Origin: Escherichia coli
Lineage (GTDB): Bacteria; Pseudomonadota; Gammaproteobacteria; Enterobacterales; Enterobacteriaceae
Length of the DNA: 64,000 bases
Direction: 5' to 3' (one strand)
Assembly: GCF_003334405.1 (NCBI RefSeq)
Contig: NZ_QOWM01000001.1
Positions 11,297 to 22,704 of the stretch are shown here, one piece after another. How positions within the stretch are numbered: the first letter of the stretch is position 1; every line of letters starts with the position of its first letter. A model generated the notes under the pieces. That model saw only the letters and a program-made list of their open reading frames with translations. It did not search any database and was not told the origin of the DNA. Made by a program: the position numbers and the translations under genes.

Positions 11297-12577
11297 ATGA
11301 AATTACTTATTCTGGGCAACCACACTTGCGGCAATCGTGGCGACAGCGCCATCTTGCGCGGCTTACTTGATGCCATCAACATCCTCAATCCACATGCCGA
11401 AGTGGACGTGATGAGCCGCTATCCGGTCAGTTCTTCCTGGCTGCTCAACCGCCCGGTAATGGGCGATCCGCTGTTCCTGCAAATGAAACAACACAACAGC
11501 GCGGCGGGCGTTGTCGGGCGCGTTAAAAAAGTTCTCCGTCGCCGCTATCAACACCAGGTATTGCTCTCACGCGTCACCGACACTGGCAAGCTGCGTAATA
11601 TCGCCATCGCCCAGGGATTCACTGACTTCGTGCGCCTGCTGTCAGGTTACGACGCCATTATTCAGGTCGGCGGATCGTTTTTTGTCGATCTCTACGGCGT
11701 GCCGCAGTTTGAACACGCGCTTTGCACTTTCATGGCGAAAAAGCCGCTGTTTATGATTGGTCACAGCGTCGGCCCCTTCCAGGATGAGCAATTTAACCAA
11801 CTGGCGAACTACGTTTTTGGTCACTGCGACGCGCTGATCCTGCGCGAATCGGTCAGCCTTGATTTGATGAAACGCAGCAATATCACTACCGCAAAAGTTG
11901 AACATGGCGTTGATACTGCCTGGCTGGTCGATCACCACACAGAAGATTTCACCGCCAGCTATGCCGTTCAACACTGGCTGGACGTTGCCGCACAACAGAA
12001 AACGGTGGCAATTACCCTGCGCGAACTGGCACCGTTCGACAAACGCCTCGGCACCACTCAACAAGCGTATGAAAAAGCCTTTGCCGGGGTGGTCAATCGC
12101 ATTCTCGACGAAGGGTATCAGGTGATTGCGCTCTCCACCTGTACGGGCATCGACAGCTATAACAAAGACGACCGCATGGTGGCGCTCAACCTGCGCCAGC
12201 ACATCAGCGATCCTGCCCGTTATCACGTAGTGATGGATGAACTCAACGATCTGGAAATGGGCAAAATTCTGGGTGCCTGTGAACTCACCGTCGGTACGCG
12301 CCTGCACTCTGCCATTATCTCAATGAACTTTGCCACTCCGGCGATTGCCATCAACTATGAACATAAATCCGCCGGGATTATGCAGCAGCTGGGGCTGCAA
12401 GAGATGGCGATTGATATCCGTCATTTATTAGACGGCACCCTGCAAGCGATGGTTGCGGATACCTTAGGCCAACTTCCGGCGCTGAACGCACGACTTAGCG
12501 AAGCCGTCAGTCGCGAACGTCAGACGGGAATGCGGATGGTGCAGTCTGTGCTTGAGCGCATCGGGGAGGCGAAATGA
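11297..12577 (+). CDS. wcaK: Colanic acid pyruvyl transferase
   Basis: 426 aa; N-terminal GNHTCGNRGDSAIL pyruvyl-transferase-type motif; synteny. Confidence 0.9.
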   Translation: MKLLILGNHTCGNRGDSAILRGLLDAINILNPHAEVDVMSRYPVSSSWLLNRPVMGDPLFLQMKQHNSAAGVVGRVKKVLRRRYQHQVLLSRVTDTGKLRNIAIAQGFTDFVRLLSGYDAIIQVGGSFFVDLYGVPQFEHALCTFMAKKPLFMIGHSVGPFQDEQFNQLANYVFGHCDALILRESVSLDLMKRSNITTAKVEHGVDTAWLVDHHTEDFTASYAVQHWLDVAAQQKTVAITLRELAPFDKRLGTTQQAYEKAFAGVVNRILDEGYQVIALSTCTGIDSYNKDDRMVALNLRQHISDPARYHVVMDELNDLEMGKILGACELTVGTRLHSAIISMNFATPAIAINYEHKSAGIMQQLGLQEMAIDIRHLLDGTLQAMVADTLGQLPALNARLSEAVSRERQTGMRMVQSVLERIGEAK

Positions 12578-13794
12578 AGGTCGGCTTCTTCTTATTGAAA
12601 TTCCCGCTGTCGTCGGAAACCTTCGTCCTCAATCAAATTACCGCGTTTATTAATATGGGCTTTGAGGTGGAGATTGTCGCGCTGCAAAAAGGCGACACCC
12701 AGAACACCCACGCGGCATGGACGAAATACAACCTTGCCGCCAGAACCCGCTGGTTACAGGACGAACCTACGGGCAAAGTGGCGAAACTGCGCCACCGAGC
12801 CAGTCAGACCTTACGCGGCATTCATCGTAAAAATACCTGGCAGGCGCTCAACCTCAAACGCTATGGCGCAGAGTCGCGGAACCTGATTTTGTCTGCCATT
12901 TGCGGCCAGGTCGCAACACCATTTTATGCCGATGTCTTTATCGCTCATTTTGGTCCAGCGGGGGTAACCGCAGCAAAACTCCGCGAACTGGGTGTCATTC
13001 GCGGCAAAATTGCCACTATCTTCCACGGTATTGATATCTCTAGTCGGGAGGTGCTCAACCATTACACTCCCGAATATCAGCAACTGTTCCGCCGTGGCGA
13101 CCTGATGCTACCGATAAGCGATCTGTGGGCCGGAAGGCTGCAAAAAATGGGCTGCCCGAGGGAAAAAATTGCCGTATCGCGCATGGGCGTGGACATGACG
13201 CGCTTTAGCCCGCGTCCGGTGAAAGCGCCCGCAACGCCGCTGGAAATCATTTCCGTCGCACGCTTAACCGAGAAAAAAGGCCTGCATGTGGCGATTGAAG
13301 CCTGCCGTCAGTTGAAAGAGCAGGGCGTGGCATTTCGCTATCGCATCCTCGGCATTGGCCCGTGGGAACGACGCCTGCGCACCCTCATCGAACAATATCA
13401 ACTGGAAGATGTGGTGGAGATGCCGGGCTTTAAACCGAGCCATGAAGTGAAAGCGATGCTAGACGACGCGGATGTTTTCCTGCTGCCTTCGGTAACGGGT
13501 GCGGACGGCGATATGGAAGGCATCCCGGTGGCGCTGATGGAAGCGATGGCGGTCGGCATTCCGGTTGTTTCTACTCTGCATAGCGGAATACCGGAACTGG
13601 TGGAGGCCGATAAATCCGGCTGGCTGGTGCCTGAGAACGATGCTCGCGCACTGGCGCAACGACTGGCGGCGTTTAGCCAACTGGACACCGACGAACTGGC
13701 TCTGGTCGTCAAACGTGCGCGCGAAAAAGTCGAACACGATTTTAACCAGCAGGTGATCAATCGAGAACTCGCCAGCTTGCTGAAGGCTTTATAG
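12574..13794 (+). CDS. wcaL: Colanic acid glycosyltransferase WcaL (GT4)
   Basis: 406 aa; start overlaps wcaK stop; GT4 [20 protein letters not shown] motif. Confidence 0.9.
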   Translation: MKVGFFLLKFPLSSETFVLNQITAFINMGFEVEIVALQKGDTQNTHAAWTKYNLAARTRWLQDEPTGKVAKLRHRASQTLRGIHRKNTWQALNLKRYGAESRNLILSAICGQVATPFYADVFIAHFGPAGVTAAKLRELGVIRGKIATIFHGIDISSREVLNHYTPEYQQLFRRGDLMLPISDLWAGRLQKMGCPREKIAVSRMGVDMTRFSPRPVKAPATPLEIISVARLTEKKGLHVAIEACRQLKEQGVAFRYRILGIGPWERRLRTLIEQYQLEDVVEMPGFKPSHEVKAMLDDADVFLLPSVTGADGDMEGIPVALMEAMAVGIPVVSTLHSGIPELVEADKSGWLVPENDARALAQRLAAFSQLDTDELALVVKRAREKVEHDFNQQVINRELASLLKAL

Positions 13795-13804
13795 AGGAGA
13801 ACGC

Positions 13805-15199
13805 ATGCCATTTAAAAAACTCTCCCGACGCACCTTCCTGACGGCAAGCTCGGCGCTTGCCTTCCTCCATACCCCTTGCGCTCGCGCACTTTCCGCCCGA
13901 CAAAACGTTAACATTAACGACTACAATCCACACGACTGGATCGCCTCATTTAAACAAGCCTTCAGCGAAGGGCAAACGGTCGTCGTACCTGCCGGAATGG
14001 TTTGTGACAATATCAACACCGGCATCTTTATCCCTCCCGGTAAAACGTTACACATCCTTGGAAGCCTGCGCGGCAACGGCAGAGGGCGATTTGTCTTACA
14101 GGACGGCAGCCAGGTGACAGGGGAGGAGGGCGGCAGTATGCATAACATCACCCTGGATGTGCGCGGCTCTGACTGCACCATCAAAGGTCTGGCGATGAGC
14201 GGCTTTGGCCCGGTAACGCAGATTTATATCGGCGGCAAAAACAAACGGGTCATGCGCAACCTGACCATCGATAACCTCACTGTCAGCCACGCTAATTACG
14301 CCATCTTACGCCAGGGATTTCATAATCAGATTATCGGTGCCAACATCACCAATTGTAAGTTCAGTGATTTACAGGGCGACGCCATCGAATGGAATGTGGC
14401 GATTAACGACCGTGATATTTTGATCTCCGACCATGTCATCGAGCGCATCAACTGTACCAACGGCAAAATCAACTGGGGAATCGGCATAGGCCTTGCGGGA
14501 AGTACCTACGATAATAACTACCCGGAAGACCAGGCAGTGAAAAACTTTGTCGTGGCGAATATCACGGGATCGGATTGTCGGCAGTTGATCCATGTTGAAA
14601 ATGGTAAACATTTTGTTATCCGTAATATCAAAGCCCGCAATATCACGCCGGATTTCAGTAAGAAAGCAGGTATTGATAACGCCACAGTCGCTATTTACGG
14701 TTGTGACAATTTCGTGATTGATAATATTGAAATGATTAATAGCGCCGGGATGTTAATCGGCTATGGGGTAATTAAAGGCAAATATCTCTCGATACCACAA
14801 AATTTCCGAGTGAATAATATTCAACTGGATAACACCCACCTTGCTTACAAATTGCGCGGCATCCAAATCTCCGCCGGGAATGCCGTCTCCTTTGTGGCGC
14901 TGACTAACATTGAGATGAAGCGTGCTTCGCTTGAGCTACACAATAAACCGCAACATCTTTTTATGCGTAATATCAAGGTGATGCAGGAATCCTCAGTTGG
15001 ACCCGCATTGAGCATGAACTTCGACATGCGCAAAGACGTTCGCGGCGTGTTTATGGCGAAAAAAGAAACACTACTATCTCTTGCAAATGTTCATGCGGTG
15101 AATGAAAGAGGGCAAAGCTCCGTCGATATCGACAGGGTTAATCACCATATTGTTAATGTGGAAAAGATTAACTTTAGATTGCCGGAACGGAGAGAGTAG
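13805..15199 (+). CDS. wcaM: Colanic acid biosynthesis protein WcaM (signal peptide, beta-helix-like)
   Basis: 464 aa with N-terminal signal/Tat-like [13 protein letters not shown]; last gene of the cps cluster. Confidence 0.85.
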   Translation: MPFKKLSRRTFLTASSALAFLHTPCARALSARQNVNINDYNPHDWIASFKQAFSEGQTVVVPAGMVCDNINTGIFIPPGKTLHILGSLRGNGRGRFVLQDGSQVTGEEGGSMHNITLDVRGSDCTIKGLAMSGFGPVTQIYIGGKNKRVMRNLTIDNLTVSHANYAILRQGFHNQIIGANITNCKFSDLQGDAIEWNVAINDRDILISDHVIERINCTNGKINWGIGIGLAGSTYDNNYPEDQAVKNFVVANITGSDCRQLIHVENGKHFVIRNIKARNITPDFSKKAGIDNATVAIYGCDNFVIDNIEMINSAGMLIGYGVIKGKYLSIPQNFRVNNIQLDNTHLAYKLRGIQISAGNAVSFVALTNIEMKRASLELHNKPQHLFMRNIKVMQESSVGPALSMNFDMRKDVRGVFMAKKETLLSLANVHAVNERGQSSVDIDRVNHHIVNVEKINFRLPERRE

Positions 15200-15373
15200 A
15201 TTTGCGACCATTCCTGGAAAAATGGAGCCATACTTAGGAACAATGCTACTGCAATCCACAACGAAGCGGCGTAACATCACAAGTAATTCAGTAATCAATT
15301 CAGGGTAATTGATGCTGGCGAAAAAAATCGAACAAGCTATAATTCAGCAACCATTTTACAGGTGGATGAAATA

Positions 15374-16267
15374 ATGACGAATTTAAAAGCAGTTATTCCT
15401 GTAGCGGGTCTTGGGATGCATATGTTGCCTGCCACTAAGGCGATTCCCAAAGAGATGCTACCGATCGTCGACAAGCCAATGATTCAGTACATTGTTGACG
15501 AGATCGTGGCTGCAGGGATCAAAGAAATCCTCCTGGTAACTCATGCGTCCAAGAACGCAGTCGAAAACCACTTCGACACCTCGTATGAATTAGAATCTCT
15601 CCTTGAGCAGCGCGTGAAGCGTCAACTGCTGGCGGAAGTTCAGTCCATCTGCCCGCCGGGCGTGACTATTATGAACGTGCGTCAGGGCGAACCTTTAGGT
15701 TTAGGCCACTCCATTTTATGTGCACGACCCGCCATTGGTGACAATCCATTTGTCGTGGTACTGCCAGACGTTGTGATTGACGACGCCAGCGCCGACCCGC
15801 TGCGCTACAACCTTGCTGCCATGATTGCGCGCTTCAACGAAACGGGCCGCAGCCAGGTGCTGGCAAAACGTATGCCAGGTGACCTCTCTGAATACTCCGT
15901 CATTCAGACCAAAGAACCACTGGATCGTGAAGGTAAAGTCAGCCGCATTGTTGAATTTATCGAAAAACCGGATCAGCCGCAGACGCTGGACTCAGACATC
16001 ATGGCCGTTGGTCGCTATGTGCTTTCTGCCGATATTTGGCCGGAACTAGAACGCACTCAGCCTGGTGCATGGGGACGTATCCAACTGACAGATGCTATTG
16101 CCGAACTGGCGAAAAAACAGTCCGTTGATGCCATGCTGATGACAGGTGACAGCTACGACTGCGGTAAAAAAATGGGTTATATGCAGGCATTTGTGAAGTA
16201 TGGACTACGCAACCTGAAAGAAGGGGCGAAGTTCCGTAAAGGGATTGAGAAGCTGTTAAACGAATAA
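15374..16267 (+). CDS. galF: UTP-glucose-1-phosphate uridylyltransferase-like regulatory subunit GalF
   Basis: Start at [14 protein letters not shown]; classic left flank of O-antigen clusters. Confidence 0.9.
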   Translation: MTNLKAVIPVAGLGMHMLPATKAIPKEMLPIVDKPMIQYIVDEIVAAGIKEILLVTHASKNAVENHFDTSYELESLLEQRVKRQLLAEVQSICPPGVTIMNVRQGEPLGLGHSILCARPAIGDNPFVVVLPDVVIDDASADPLRYNLAAMIARFNETGRSQVLAKRMPGDLSEYSVIQTKEPLDREGKVSRIVEFIEKPDQPQTLDSDIMAVGRYVLSADIWPELERTQPGAWGRIQLTDAIAELAKKQSVDAMLMTGDSYDCGKKMGYMQAFVKYGLRNLKEGAKFRKGIEKLLNE

Positions 16268-16525
16268 TGAAAATCTGACCGGATGTAACGGTTGATAAGA
16301 AAATTATAACGGCAGTGAAGATTCGTGGCGAAAGTAATATGTTGCGAATATTCCTGCCGTTGTTTTATATAAACAATCAGAATAACAACGAGTTAGCAAT
16401 AGGATTTTAGTCAAAGTTTTCCAGGATTTTCCTTGTTTCCAGAGCGGATTGGTAAGACAATTAGCGTTTGGATTTTTCGGGTTTAGCGCGAGTGGGTAAC
16501 GCTCGTCACATCGTAGGCATGCATG

Positions 16526-16564
16526 CAGTGCTCTGGTAGCTGTAAAGCCAGGGGCGGTAGCGTT
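16526..16564 (+). promoter_or_regulatory. JUMPstart element with ops site (RfaH-dependent antitermination signal)
   Basis: CAGTGCTCTGGTAGCTGTAAAGCCAGGGGCGGTAGCGT; ops core GGCGGTAG at 16553-16560, about 50 nt upstream of the first O-antigen gene. Confidence 0.8.
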
Positions 16565-16612
16565 CGTTAATATAGATACCAATATATAAAATTACATGTG
16601 GCTAAATGTTAG

Positions 16613-17821
16613 ATGAATGATAGAATAAATATGATAAGAAATGAAAATGCCATAATTATTATGGCGACGATATTAGCGGTTATTTTTTTGTGTTGTGTGT
16701 CACTGTCTCCATTATTGGGTTTTTATATCCCGTTAATGTTTTTATGTATAGTGTGCGGTAATTCCAAATACATCAGAATGGTTTTAATCTTATTTTCAAT
16801 ATATTCTGCTTCATTTTTTGTTGCCTCGCGAAATATATTTGATGCGAATGCAAGTGATTTTGATGTTTACTATGATGTTTATCAGATAGTGAATAACGGG
16901 GGGACTATATTATACAAGGACTTTTCTGCTGGGTTTGAATTTTTCTTGCCATTATTCTTTAAAATGATTTCTTTTATTTTGGGAGATGCAAGCCCGCAGA
17001 TTGTGCTTGCAGTTACAGTTTTTGCACAATTGTTTTTGCTCTATATATGGTTGGAATGGGATGGATTTAAAAATGTAAATCCAGAAGACCGTAATTTATG
17101 TGCTGCATCAACATTTGGTTTACTCTTTATTTATATGTTTTCTCAGATCTTGAGACAAGGATTCTCGAGTGTCTTTTGTTTGTTTGCAATATCATTTTTT
17201 CTTCGTAAAGAAAGATTATCATTTATTATATTTTATCTGTTAGCTATATCATCTCATTTAACAGCTATAATCATTGTGCCTATGTTTATTATTTTTATGA
17301 AAAATAAAAAAATAAGCATGTTAATATGTTTGGGGATGTTTGCTTTCTCAGGCGTATTTAGTTTGTTATTGCCATTTATTGTTGCTCATAATTTATTTGG
17401 CGAAATGTCATATAAATTTGCATTTTACACATTTACATCACTTGCTGGTTATGACCTATCTAGTTACTTTAAGTTTTTAGTTATTACTGTTATCGCAGGT
17501 TATTTCTTTTTTGATAATAAGAATAAATACTTAAAGCCGTTAATATATTATGGAGGATTGGCTTACATTGCATTATTACCAATTCCATTGGCTTCTGATA
17601 GAATGCTAATGGTTTTAGCTGCACTGTTGCCGGGATATATACTATTTTTTAGTTTTTATAAAATCAAAAATATTTACAAAATAATATTGATTTTGTTTTT
17701 TGTGTTAAAGGTAATGACTTATGGTCCATTTTATGATCATAAAAAAGATTATGATAACCCAATGCAATACTGGTATACGTATCCATGGATAAATGACACT
17801 CCATTTTATTATATACATTAA
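16613..17821 (+). CDS. wzy: Putative O-antigen polymerase (Wzy-like polytopic membrane protein)
   Basis: 402 aa, highly hydrophobic multi-TM, AT-rich codon usage, first gene after JUMPstart; start codon uncertain. Confidence 0.55.
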   Translation: MNDRINMIRNENAIIIMATILAVIFLCCVSLSPLLGFYIPLMFLCIVCGNSKYIRMVLILFSIYSASFFVASRNIFDANASDFDVYYDVYQIVNNGGTILYKDFSAGFEFFLPLFFKMISFILGDASPQIVLAVTVFAQLFLLYIWLEWDGFKNVNPEDRNLCAASTFGLLFIYMFSQILRQGFSSVFCLFAISFFLRKERLSFIIFYLLAISSHLTAIIIVPMFIIFMKNKKISMLICLGMFAFSGVFSLLLPFIVAHNLFGEMSYKFAFYTFTSLAGYDLSSYFKFLVITVIAGYFFFDNKNKYLKPLIYYGGLAYIALLPIPLASDRMLMVLAALLPGYILFFSFYKIKNIYKIILILFFVLKVMTYGPFYDHKKDYDNPMQYWYTYPWINDTPFYYIH

Positions 17822-17875
17822 AAAACGAAAAAGTTATTTGTTGACAATGTTTTTTGAGAAAAGATTACATTAAAT

Positions 17876-18964
17876 ATGAAGAAAATTGCAATTCTTACTA
17901 CTAATATTGGTAACAGTGGTGGGACTGAAAGAGTCGTATCATTTGTTGCCAATAATTTTTCCAAGAAGAATGATGTTACTGTTTATAGTATGGTAAAAAC
18001 ATCTATTTCTACTTTTTATGAATTAGATAGTAAAATATCTATTCGATATTTAAATTTATATCAATATGAGCATGAAAAAAGAGTGCTATTTAAAACTATA
18101 AAAAAGGTATGGAATACAATTTCATTTTTTTATAAGGTGAAAAATATAGATGCAGATATTATTATAGGTACAAGTAAAAGTATTAATATATATCTATCAC
18201 TACTAAGTTTTTTTTTCAAAAAGAAAATCATAGGATGTGAGCATTTTGCTCATAATGCCCCTATGTCTAAATTTATTAAGACAATCAGACTTGTTGCATA
18301 TAAACGGTTAGATCGTTTAATAGTCTTAACATTATTTGATTACAATTATTATAAAAGTAAGGGAATAAAAACCGAAATTATACCGAATGCAATACCTTTT
18401 CAAATAAATCAGAGACCCGAACATAGGGCTAAAATAATCTTGGCTGTTGGACGACATAGCATACAAAAGCGATTTGATCTACTCCTTAGAATTTGGCTGA
18501 AGGCAAAATTATATGAACATGGATGGCAGCTTAAAATAATCGGTGATGGAGAGCTTTTCGACAGAAATAAGAGCTTAGCTATTGATCTAGGAATTGCAGA
18601 GTCAGTTTTCTTTGAGCCGCCTACGAAGGATATAGTCGATGAATATCTAAATGCCTCATTTTTTGTCATGACATCAGAATATGAAGCTCTTCCTATGGTA
18701 CTAATAGAATCTATGTATTGTGGTTTACCCTGTATAGCCTTCGACTGTGATACAGGGCCAAGGGATATAATAGAGGATAATGTTGATGGCTTTATTGTTC
18801 CATTTGGCAATATTGAGCTTTTTTCCCAAAAAATGATATGGTTATCAAATAATGATGTAATTTTAAAAGAAATGAGCACCAGTGCTGTTTTAAATATTTC
18901 AAGATTTTCCGCTCAAACTATATATGAAAAGTGGAATGGTTTGATTCGAGATATTTATGAATAA
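17876..18964 (+). CDS. Glycosyltransferase family 4 (O-antigen)
   Basis: 362 aa; C-terminal GT4 signature EYEALPMVLIESMYCGLPCIAFD. Confidence 0.75.
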   Translation: MKKIAILTTNIGNSGGTERVVSFVANNFSKKNDVTVYSMVKTSISTFYELDSKISIRYLNLYQYEHEKRVLFKTIKKVWNTISFFYKVKNIDADIIIGTSKSINIYLSLLSFFFKKKIIGCEHFAHNAPMSKFIKTIRLVAYKRLDRLIVLTLFDYNYYKSKGIKTEIIPNAIPFQINQRPEHRAKIILAVGRHSIQKRFDLLLRIWLKAKLYEHGWQLKIIGDGELFDRNKSLAIDLGIAESVFFEPPTKDIVDEYLNASFFVMTSEYEALPMVLIESMYCGLPCIAFDCDTGPRDIIEDNVDGFIVPFGNIELFSQKMIWLSNNDVILKEMSTSAVLNISRFSAQTIYEKWNGLIRDIYE

Positions 18965-18987
18965 TATCATTATGGATTGAGTTAACT

Positions 18988-20100
18988 ATGAATAAAATTA
19001 AAGTATTACAAATGGGGAAGTTTTACCCTCCTTCATTTGGAGGGATTGAACAAGTTGTTTATGATATAACTAAAGGGATTAATAGCTTATCTTCAAAATA
19101 CTGCTGTGATGTCTTATGTTTTAATCATGATACAAGAAAGGGAAGCAAAACTGATTATAGTGACGGAGCTGAAATATATAGAATGAATACTATCGGAGTT
19201 ATATCCTCAGCTCCAATATCACTCATGTATTTTTTTAAATTTATAAAAATTAAAGGGGAATATGATATTATTCACTTACATGCACCTAATCCCATTGCAA
19301 CTATTGCTGCACTTTTTGCAAGAAATAAAAAGATTATAATCCACTGGCATAGTGATATAGTAAAACAAAAAAGATTATTGAGGTTATTTTTGCCTGTCCA
19401 GAAGCAAATGCTTAACCGTGCATCGAAAATAATAGTAACAAGTGATAACTATGGAAGGTGCTCAGAACAATTATTTGGATTTGAGCGAAAAATTATGACA
19501 ATACCTATTGGCATACCATCGGATAAAACTTTAACTCCAAAAGAATATGTGCCAAAAAATAAAAAAATTATTTTTTCTCTGGGGCGCCTCATTTACTATA
19601 AAGGTTTTGAGTATTTAATTGAAGCAGCAAAATATTTGCCAGAAAATTACATGGTAATTATTGGTGGTACAGGGTCGTTATATTCAGAACTGCAAAAGAA
19701 AATAGATGATAATAGGTTGAACAATAAAGTTCGATTGGTTGGGCGAATCCCCATGGAGGAATTACAAAGTTATTATGAGAGCGCAGATTTGTTTTGTATG
19801 CCTTCTATTGAAAAATCAGAAGCTTTTGGAGTTGTTCAGTTAGAAGCAATGAAACATGGAGTTCCAGTTGTATCAACTCGGATACCGGGATCGGGGGTTA
19901 GCTGGGTAAATTTAAATGGAGTAAGCGGATTAACAGTTCCAGTTAAAAATAGTCAAGCGTTATCGGAAGCTTTCATAAATATTTTAGAAAACGAATCCCT
20001 TTATAAACATTTATCGAATGGAGCTTTAAGGAGATATAATGAGAATTTCACATCAGATAAAATGTGTAGAAAAATAATTGAACTTTATGATGAACTATAG
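18988..20100 (+). CDS. Glycosyltransferase family 4 (O-antigen)
   Basis: 370 aa; GT4 signature EAFGVVQLEAMKHGVPVVSTRIPGSG. Confidence 0.75.
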   Translation: MNKIKVLQMGKFYPPSFGGIEQVVYDITKGINSLSSKYCCDVLCFNHDTRKGSKTDYSDGAEIYRMNTIGVISSAPISLMYFFKFIKIKGEYDIIHLHAPNPIATIAALFARNKKIIIHWHSDIVKQKRLLRLFLPVQKQMLNRASKIIVTSDNYGRCSEQLFGFERKIMTIPIGIPSDKTLTPKEYVPKNKKIIFSLGRLIYYKGFEYLIEAAKYLPENYMVIIGGTGSLYSELQKKIDDNRLNNKVRLVGRIPMEELQSYYESADLFCMPSIEKSEAFGVVQLEAMKHGVPVVSTRIPGSGVSWVNLNGVSGLTVPVKNSQALSEAFINILENESLYKHLSNGALRRYNENFTSDKMCRKIIELYDEL

Positions 20101-20129
20101 ATTTATCTTTGCGATAAGATTATTAAATA

Positions 20130-21200
20130 ATGAAAAAAATACTTGTTGATTGTCGGTTAATAAATAACTCTGGTATTGGTGTTTATATTAAATCAATGTT
20201 AGAAGAGTTAAGGGAATATAGTGATATTCATGTGTCTATATTAGTTATGTATCAAGAAAACAAAGTAGAGGAATTATGTGATTTGATAAATGGAGATGTA
20301 ATATATACAAGAATATCGCGATTCAATCCTCTTAATTTATTTATTTTCAACAAAATATTATCTGGATTTGATTTTTATTTTGTGCCTTTTTTAAGTATAT
20401 TGCCTGTAAGAATATTTTCTGGCAAAGTGAAAATAATATCTACGGTCCATGATTTGTGTCCAATTAAAGTAAAAAAAGCATTTGATTGGAGGGTTATAAT
20501 TGTGTACTACATAATTATGTATTTACAGTTAAAGTTCTCTAATTCAATTATAGCTATATCAAATTTCACAAAGACTGAAATCATAGATATTTATGGTAAG
20601 CAGTATAGCAATAAAATTACAGTGATTTATAATGCAGCACGTATTATACCCTCAGGGCAATCTTTAATTAAAGAATGTGATTTTAAATCTGAAATATATG
20701 GTATCTGTGTTGGTAATATTAAACCACACAAAAACATTACACCATTAATATCGTATTGGAAAAAAAATAAAATAAAAGTAAAACTGTTATTTGTGGGGGA
20801 AAGTTCAGGATTTTATACATCTGATATAAGCTCAATGTTATTAACTAACGAATATGTTTCATTTACAGGTTTCATTACTGATGAAGAGCTGCATGAGTAC
20901 TATAAGGGAGCTAGTTTTTTTATTTACCCATCACTTTATGAAGGTTTTGGATTACCACTTCTAGAAGCTATGAGTTACAAATTAAAAATATTTGCATCTG
21001 ATATACCTGTTTTTCATGAGATTGCTAATGATTCAATTGAGTATTTTTCACCAGAAAATTTTTCTGGATTAAAAGAAAAAATAGAAAAATTCATTGCATC
21101 GTCTCGCGAAGAGAAAATATCATATAACTATGAATCTATTTTAAATAAATATTCATGGAGAGACTCAGTTAAATTATTTGTCCATGATTTATTAATCTGA
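20130..21200 (+). CDS. Glycosyltransferase family 4 (O-antigen)
   Basis: 356 aa; GT4 signature EGFGLPLLEAMSYKLKIFASD. Confidence 0.7.
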   Translation: MKKILVDCRLINNSGIGVYIKSMLEELREYSDIHVSILVMYQENKVEELCDLINGDVIYTRISRFNPLNLFIFNKILSGFDFYFVPFLSILPVRIFSGKVKIISTVHDLCPIKVKKAFDWRVIIVYYIIMYLQLKFSNSIIAISNFTKTEIIDIYGKQYSNKITVIYNAARIIPSGQSLIKECDFKSEIYGICVGNIKPHKNITPLISYWKKNKIKVKLLFVGESSGFYTSDISSMLLTNEYVSFTGFITDEELHEYYKGASFFIYPSLYEGFGLPLLEAMSYKLKIFASDIPVFHEIANDSIEYFSPENFSGLKEKIEKFIASSREEKISYNYESILNKYSWRDSVKLFVHDLLI

Positions 21201-21238
21201 TTATTTCCGAATAATTGATTTTTATAAGTGAAAAATAT

Positions 21239-22678
21239 ATGAAAGAGAAAAATAAAATTTATCCGGTAATAGTGGCCGGAGGAACAGGTAGCAGACTTTG
21301 GCCTCTATCAAGAGAGTTATATCCTAAACAGTTTTTATGTTTGCAAGGAAAACTTACAATGTTGCAAACTACACTCTGTAGATTGAATGATCTTCCTTGT
21401 GAGGAGCCTATTGTAATATGCAATGAGCAACATCGTTTTATAGTAGCTGAACAGTTACAACAAATTAATAAACTTACAAAAAATATAATTCTTGAACCTG
21501 AAGGACGTAATACTGCACCAGCAATAACATTGGCTGCATTAGCTGCACTAATGAATAATCCTGGTGAGGATCCGATGGTACTTGTTCTTGCAGCCGACCA
21601 TATTATCGAAGATGAAAAAAAGTTCCAAGAAACAGTACGAGAAGCTTTATTTTTTGCCAAGAAAGATAAGTTAGTTACATTTGGTATTGTTCCGGATCAT
21701 CCAGAGACAGGTTATGGATATATCAAACGAGGAAATGCTATAGATAATGAAAATAGTTTCAGGGCATACAGCGTTTCAGAATTTATTGAAAAGCCTAATT
21801 TAGTAACAGCTAAAAAATATGTATCCATGGACAGTTATTACTGGAACAGCGGAATGTTTCTATTTCGCGCAAATCGTTACATTGAAGAGTTAGAGAAATT
21901 TCGTCCAGACATCTTATCTGCCTGTCGACAAGCCATGTGTCATATAAATAATGATCTTGATTTTATTAGAATAGATGACGAGGCATTTCTTGCTTGCCCG
22001 GAAGAATCTATCGATTATGCTGTAATGGAACATACCGCAGATGCAATCGTAGTACCTCTTGATGCTGGCTGGAATGACGTGGGCTCATGGAGGGCGTTGT
22101 GGGAGATTAGCCAAAGAAATGATGAAGGTAATTCAGTATATGGCGATGTTATTAGCTACATGACTAATAATAGCTATTTATACGCAGAATCTGGGTTAGT
22201 GACAACTGTTGGGGTTAAAGATCTAATTGTTGTGCAGACAAAAGATGCAGTTCTAGTAGCTGATCGGCATGCAGTACAGGATGTAAAAAAGGTTGTAGAA
22301 CAGTTAAAACTAAAAGGACGGCAAGAACATCATATGCATCGTGAGGTTTATAGGCCTTGGGGTAAATATGACTCAATAGACTCAGGAAAACGATATCAAG
22401 TAAAGAGGATCACCGTAAAACCAGGAGAAGGACTATCGTTGCAAATGCATCATCACTGTTCAGAACATTGGATAGTCGTTGCAGGTACTGCGAAGATAAC
22501 ACTAAATAACAAGAGTTATTTAGTGAGTGAAAATGAATCTATTTATATCCCCCTTGGGGCAAAGCATAGTTTAGAAAATCCCGGGAAAATTCCCTTAGAA
22601 TTAATTGAGGTTCGTACAGGTTCCTATCTTAAGGAAGATGATGTTATTCGCTTAAAAGACCGTTATGGTAGAGTTTAA
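21239..22678 (+). CDS. manC: Mannose-1-phosphate guanylyltransferase (O-antigen copy)
   Basis: Start taken at [24 protein letters not shown] motif; AT-rich paralogue of cpsB. Confidence 0.9.
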   Translation: MKEKNKIYPVIVAGGTGSRLWPLSRELYPKQFLCLQGKLTMLQTTLCRLNDLPCEEPIVICNEQHRFIVAEQLQQINKLTKNIILEPEGRNTAPAITLAALAALMNNPGEDPMVLVLAADHIIEDEKKFQETVREALFFAKKDKLVTFGIVPDHPETGYGYIKRGNAIDNENSFRAYSVSEFIEKPNLVTAKKYVSMDSYYWNSGMFLFRANRYIEELEKFRPDILSACRQAMCHINNDLDFIRIDDEAFLACPEESIDYAVMEHTADAIVVPLDAGWNDVGSWRALWEISQRNDEGNSVYGDVISYMTNNSYLYAESGLVTTVGVKDLIVVQTKDAVLVADRHAVQDVKKVVEQLKLKGRQEHHMHREVYRPWGKYDSIDSGKRYQVKRITVKPGEGLSLQMHHHCSEHWIVVAGTAKITLNNKSYLVSENESIYIPLGAKHSLENPGKIPLELIEVRTGSYLKEDDVIRLKDRYGRV

Positions 22679-22704
22679 TAAGAGATAAAAAATCGAGAAT
22701 TAAA